Origin: Eledone cirrhosa
Lineage: Eukaryota
Assembly (NCBI GenBank): GCA_964016885.1
Contig: OZ024740.1
Span: 283,216,001-283,280,000, forward strand
DNA length: 64,000 nt
Reading direction: 5' to 3'
In this document: in pieces, positions 58,799-64,000 of the stretch
How the letters are laid out: each line of letters begins with the position of its first letter
Numbering within the stretch: position 1 is the first letter of the stretch
Notes under the pieces: model-generated
The model's input: the letters and a program-made list of their open reading frames with translations, nothing else
Databases searched by the model: none
Told to the model about the DNA's origin: nothing
Made by a program: the position numbers and the translations under genes

Positions 58799-59071
58799 GT
58801 GTGTGCATGTGTGTATCCCGGGTTCGATCATGGGTAACTAATGTACTCAATACATAACAGAGTATAAATATTACCTTATGATTTCCTTCCAATGAAACAC
58901 TTCTAGTCCTGTAGAAGTCATTTCTAATATATATATATATATATATATTTCTGTCCAGAAATAGCCGTCGAAACGGCTTGAGCTCTGCCGTCGAGGTTAA
59001 ACATTTACCTATATATATATATATATATATAGTGCAAATTCATACAGGAACAAAACAGAGAGGCAGACAAA

Positions 59072-59105
59072 TAAAGGTTTCGGACATAAGTCCTTCTTCA
59101 GGATG
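59072..59105 (-). ncRNA. Minimal hammerhead-like motif at the end of a probable Penelope-like 3' UTR (59030-59550)
   Basis: Minus strand: CTGAAGA-aggac(ttat)gtcc-GAAA-cc. Confidence 0.6.
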
Positions 59106-59944
59106 AATAGGTTAGGAAGAGAGTTCCGAGGCTGTGTGGAAATACATTTAGAAAAAAGGGGGAAGGAGAAAAAATAAAAATAAACGAAAAATAAACATAA
59201 GAATTAACAATAAGATGAGCAAGAGGTGGAAGGGTGTAAGGCGTGTAAGGGTGGTGGCGGGTGGAGTTGGGCGAGGGAGGCGGGGGGTCGAGGCGGGGAA
59301 GCCTGAAGGTGGTGTTTGTGTAGTGTGTAAGTGTACGTGAGTGTGTGTGTGTGTGTGTGAGAAGAAGGACGAGGTTCTATGTTCTGGATTCCGGAGGTGC
59401 AGAGTGTAAATAAGTGGGAGTACGCACGTGTGTGTTCGTGTTTATATGCGATGTGGATGTGGGTGGCGTGGTGCGAAAAACAATGTGAGTGTATGTTCGT
59501 GGGTAAGTTCCTGAGGTAGTTCCATCGAGTGTGAGAAGAGATACATATATATGCATATATGCATTTAAGTATATCTATGAATGCATATATATGGATATAT
59601 TTTAGGGGTTTATATGAAAGCATATTCTGTTTATATACAGTGAAAGTCTTGCTAGAAAATATTTTTTTCTTATGAAAACATTATTTTTCTCTTTTACCCT
59701 GTGAACGTGTCACAGATATCTAAGTGCCCACGGAGAATGCCAGGTAGCTGTATCGACATTCTTTAATATTTTATCAGCGGCTTTCAATCAATTGGTACTG
59801 AGAAAAAAATAGACTACAGTGTACATAGGTTTTGTGTATTGAACATTTGCTGGATATGTTCATTTACATAGTCTACGAACTTGGCTAATTTTAATTAGCA
59901 ATTGTACTAAGATATCTTAATACTACTTCCAATACACACACTTA

Positions 59945-60541
<597 letters not shown>

Positions 60542-60561
60542 ATATATATATATATATATAT

Positions 60562-60818
60562 AATAATAATAATAGGATATGTGTTCCTACACATCTCGGG
60601 AACAGTTTTGGATAGCGCTAGTTCGTAATTTAAATTCAAGAATTTTATATTCTTCGAATGAAAAGAACCTTCTGACGAGAATCTTTCTTTGCAACGAAGG
60701 CCGTATGATCTTCGTTTATTTTTGAGATTCGAAACCGATTCTGTAAAGGTAACTATAGTAGGTAAAGTCAATTTTTTAAAATTTATTTTGAAACTTTTTC
60801 ATTATTTGCTAAACCTTG

Positions 60819-60820
<2 letters not shown>
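60562..60820 (+). mobile_element. Truncated copy of the 487-nt hammerhead monomer with an inverted 5' piece
   Basis: 60591-60820 matches 61809-62037; aataataggatatgtgttccta is the reverse complement of ~61645-61666; hammerhead acctt-CTGACGA-gaatct..agattc-GAAA-ccgattctg-ta-aaggt at 60667-60750. Confidence 0.82.
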
Positions 60821-60896
<76 letters not shown>

Positions 60897-60898
<2 letters not shown>

Positions 60899-61461
60899 GG
60901 TTTGTTGGTTCACCACTGGATAGAACTGGTCATTCCGTATGGTCATCTCGATATAATATTATGGAGAGTACTCAACGTAATGCAACTCACCCGTCTTCGT
61001 TTGTGTAGTTGGTGGTGCGAGTACGGAGTTAATTATTATAAAATAACAGGAGGCTGGACTGGTGTAAATCCTTGAAAGGTTTATTATACCATAATCATTT
61101 CAATGACCGGGTTCAATATGAATCCGGTGATATCATCAGGTATTCGAAATATAACAAAGGAATATAACAGATAAAATCCATGGGGCTGAAAATCAGAGAC
61201 AAGAGGACGACCTACTATTTAGCAGCTTCTACCTCAGTCGGCCCTCGAGGGCGCCCCGACTAAGGTAGAAGCTGCTAAATAGTCGGTCGTCCTCTTGTCT
61301 CTGATTTTCAGCCGCATGGATTTTATCTGTTATATTCTTTGTTATATTTCGAATACCTGATGTCATCACCGGATTCATATTGAACCCGGTCATTGAAATG
61401 ATCATGGTATAATAAACATTTCAAGGATTTACACCAGTCAATCCTCCTGTTATTTTATAAT
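60897..61461 (-). mobile_element. Fold-back hammerhead element, tail on the left
   Basis: Arms 61035-61241 / ~61256-61461; minus-strand atac-CTGATGA-..accgg..ccggt..-GAAA at 61086-61143. Confidence 0.82.
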
Positions 61462-61489
61462 ATATATACATATATACATATATAGTATA

Positions 61490-62037
61490 AGTAAAGTTAA
61501 TTTTTTTAAATTTATTTTGAAACTTTTTCATTATTTGCTAAACCTTGATTATATATGTTCTGGCTCGTTAATTTATTAACCTGCCATTGAACCACTTTGG
61601 CATATGGTTGGACAATACATGTGTCCCTTAGCGCCTTGTGCGTCTAGGAACACATATCCTATTATTACTATTATCTCCTCTATGTTGAGAAAAAAATTTG
61701 GTCGTTCCGACTACTGCTAGCGATAGTGGTGGCCGATTGACCTACCTCCCTCTGCCTCTATCTTTACTTTCGGCCCTTGAAAAAATTGATTCCACTTCAT
61801 TTACTCTCATCTCGGGAACAGTTTTGTATAGCGCTAGTTCGTAATTTAAATTCAAGAATTTTATATTCTTCGAATGAAAAGAACCTTCTAACGAGAATCT
61901 TTCTTTGCAACGAAGGCCGTATGGTCTCCGTTTATTTTTGAGATTCGAAACCGATTCGGTAAAGGTAACTATAGTAAGTAAAGTTAATTTTTTAAAATTT
62001 ATTTTGAAACTTTTTCATTATTTGCTAAACCTTGATT
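61490..62037 (+). mobile_element. Retrozyme-like 487-nt monomer with ~60-nt terminal direct repeats and one hammerhead
   Basis: agtaaagttaatt...aaccttgatt at 61490-61550 and 61977-62037; hammerhead 61883-61966 (core CTAACGA, stem III ccg-att-cgg, GUA site). Confidence 0.82.
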
Positions 62038-62312
62038 AAATACATATATATATATATATATATATATTTAGAGAGAGAGAGGGAGAGAGAAAGAGAGAGA
62101 GAAAGAGAGGGATAGAGAGAGAGAGAGAGAGAAAAAGGGAGAGAGAATAGGAGAGAGGTATAGATGGATATGTGTATGTATATACATGTATGCATTTATA
62201 AACTTGTATACATATATATATATATATGTGTGTGTGTGTTTGTGTATTCGTTACTGGTAATTACTGGGTATACACGTTCGATACATACATAAACACACAC
62301 ACACACATACGC

Positions 62313-62402
<90 letters not shown>

Positions 62403-62409
<7 letters not shown>

Positions 62410-62518
62410 TAACAAATGTAAACTATATTTATAAAACCATATTTATTTCATTATACATATTTCAAGGGCCACCAGAGCAAACTATATACTTGTATACACA
62501 CACACATATATATATATA

Positions 62519-62601
<83 letters not shown>

Positions 62602-62707
62602 CCATTTGTTAATATATTGTATATTTACTCCAATAATTTGTTGAGTGCTTTATATCAGTTATAAAAATATTTTGCTTGTTGTATCCCAACAAATTAAATA
62701 TAACCTC

Positions 62708-62712
<5 letters not shown>
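62403..62712 (+). mobile_element. Disrupted fold-back element of the 42816-43269 family
   Basis: Left arm 62403-62475; right arm remnant and actcc..gagtg tail at 62598-62712, separated by microsatellites. Confidence 0.65.
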
Positions 62713-62768
<56 letters not shown>

Positions 62769-63209
62769 GTATACTTATTACAACATACACATATTCCCTC
62801 ATTTCCTAATACATACATGCTTATCTATTGAAACAAAAGCTCCTTTGTCGATCCCAAATCCCGACATTAATCGATATTCACAGCCATAAATCTGTGATCC
62901 CTTATTCACCATAATCACCATTCTAACCTTTTTATATTTCCCTTTTTCTCTGCCTTTCCCTTATTTTCACTCGACCAACTTGGAATCAAGCTGTGTGGCA
63001 AGAAACCAATAATAGCTGACGTTCAATGTCGCTGTAACACCGCCACGCTTCCTGCTGCTTCTACCTCCATTGTTTAGCCCTTTTCTTTCCCTAGGAATCA
63101 ATGCAGAATCCCTGGCAATTATTGATAGTTGTTAAGGATTGTTGAGGTTTACAGCCAACTGGTGTTTAAGGAATTGTTGCTTGCTTCGACTACGTTAAAT
63201 ATATTCTTG

Positions 63210-64000
63210 CCTACATACATACAGAGATACATACACACATACATACACACATGCATACATGCATACATGCATACATACAGAGATACACACACACACATGC
63301 ATACATACATGCACACATACATACATGCATACATGCATACATGCATACACACATACATACATACATACATACATACACGCATGCATACATATCTGCATAC
63401 ATACATACATACATGCATACATACATATATATATACATACATACAGAGATACATAGACACATGCATACATACATACATGCATACATGCATACATGCATAC
63501 ATACATATATATATACATACAGAGATACATACACACATGCATACATACATACATGCATACATACATATATACATACATACAGAGATACATTCACACATGC
63601 ATACATACATACAGAGATAAATACATACATACATGCATACATACAGCATACATACATATATATACATTCATACAGAGATACATACATACATACATACAGC
63701 GATACATACACACATTCATACATACACACATATATATACATGCATACATACATACATACATACATACATACATACATACATACATACATACATGCATACA
63801 GAGATACATACATACATACATACATACATACAGGGATACAAACACGCATTCATAAATACATACACACATACATAGACATACATATATACATGCATACATA
63901 CACATACATTCACATGCTACTTACACGTATGCGTAGATACTTACACGCATACATACACACATATATATACATATATATACATGCATACGCACATACATAT
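63210..64000. repeat. Degenerate (ATAC)n microsatellite field
   Basis: Direct reading. Confidence 0.95.

Overview
Eukaryotic, very AT- and microsatellite-rich DNA with no confidently identifiable host gene. The repeat repertoire resembles an octopod cephalopod genome (inference). It contains an intact Tx1/L1-clade LINE ORF2 (72-3491) plus truncated relatives sitting in (GATA)n, two decayed R4/Dong-like restriction-like-endonuclease LINEs in (TAA)n and (TACA)n, several RTE fossils, about 15 copies or fragments of one tRNA-derived SINE, two non-autonomous Helitrons and a ~3-kb 58-bp minisatellite. The most striking signal is a dense set of Penelope-like and non-coding retrozyme-like elements. 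Over a dozen type I hammerhead ribozyme motifs from many unrelated families lie in 400-600-nt terminally redundant monomers or in fold-back hairpins (inverted arm + direct arm + 3' tail), almost always inserted in (TA)n. Coordinates were read by eye and may be off by a few bases.
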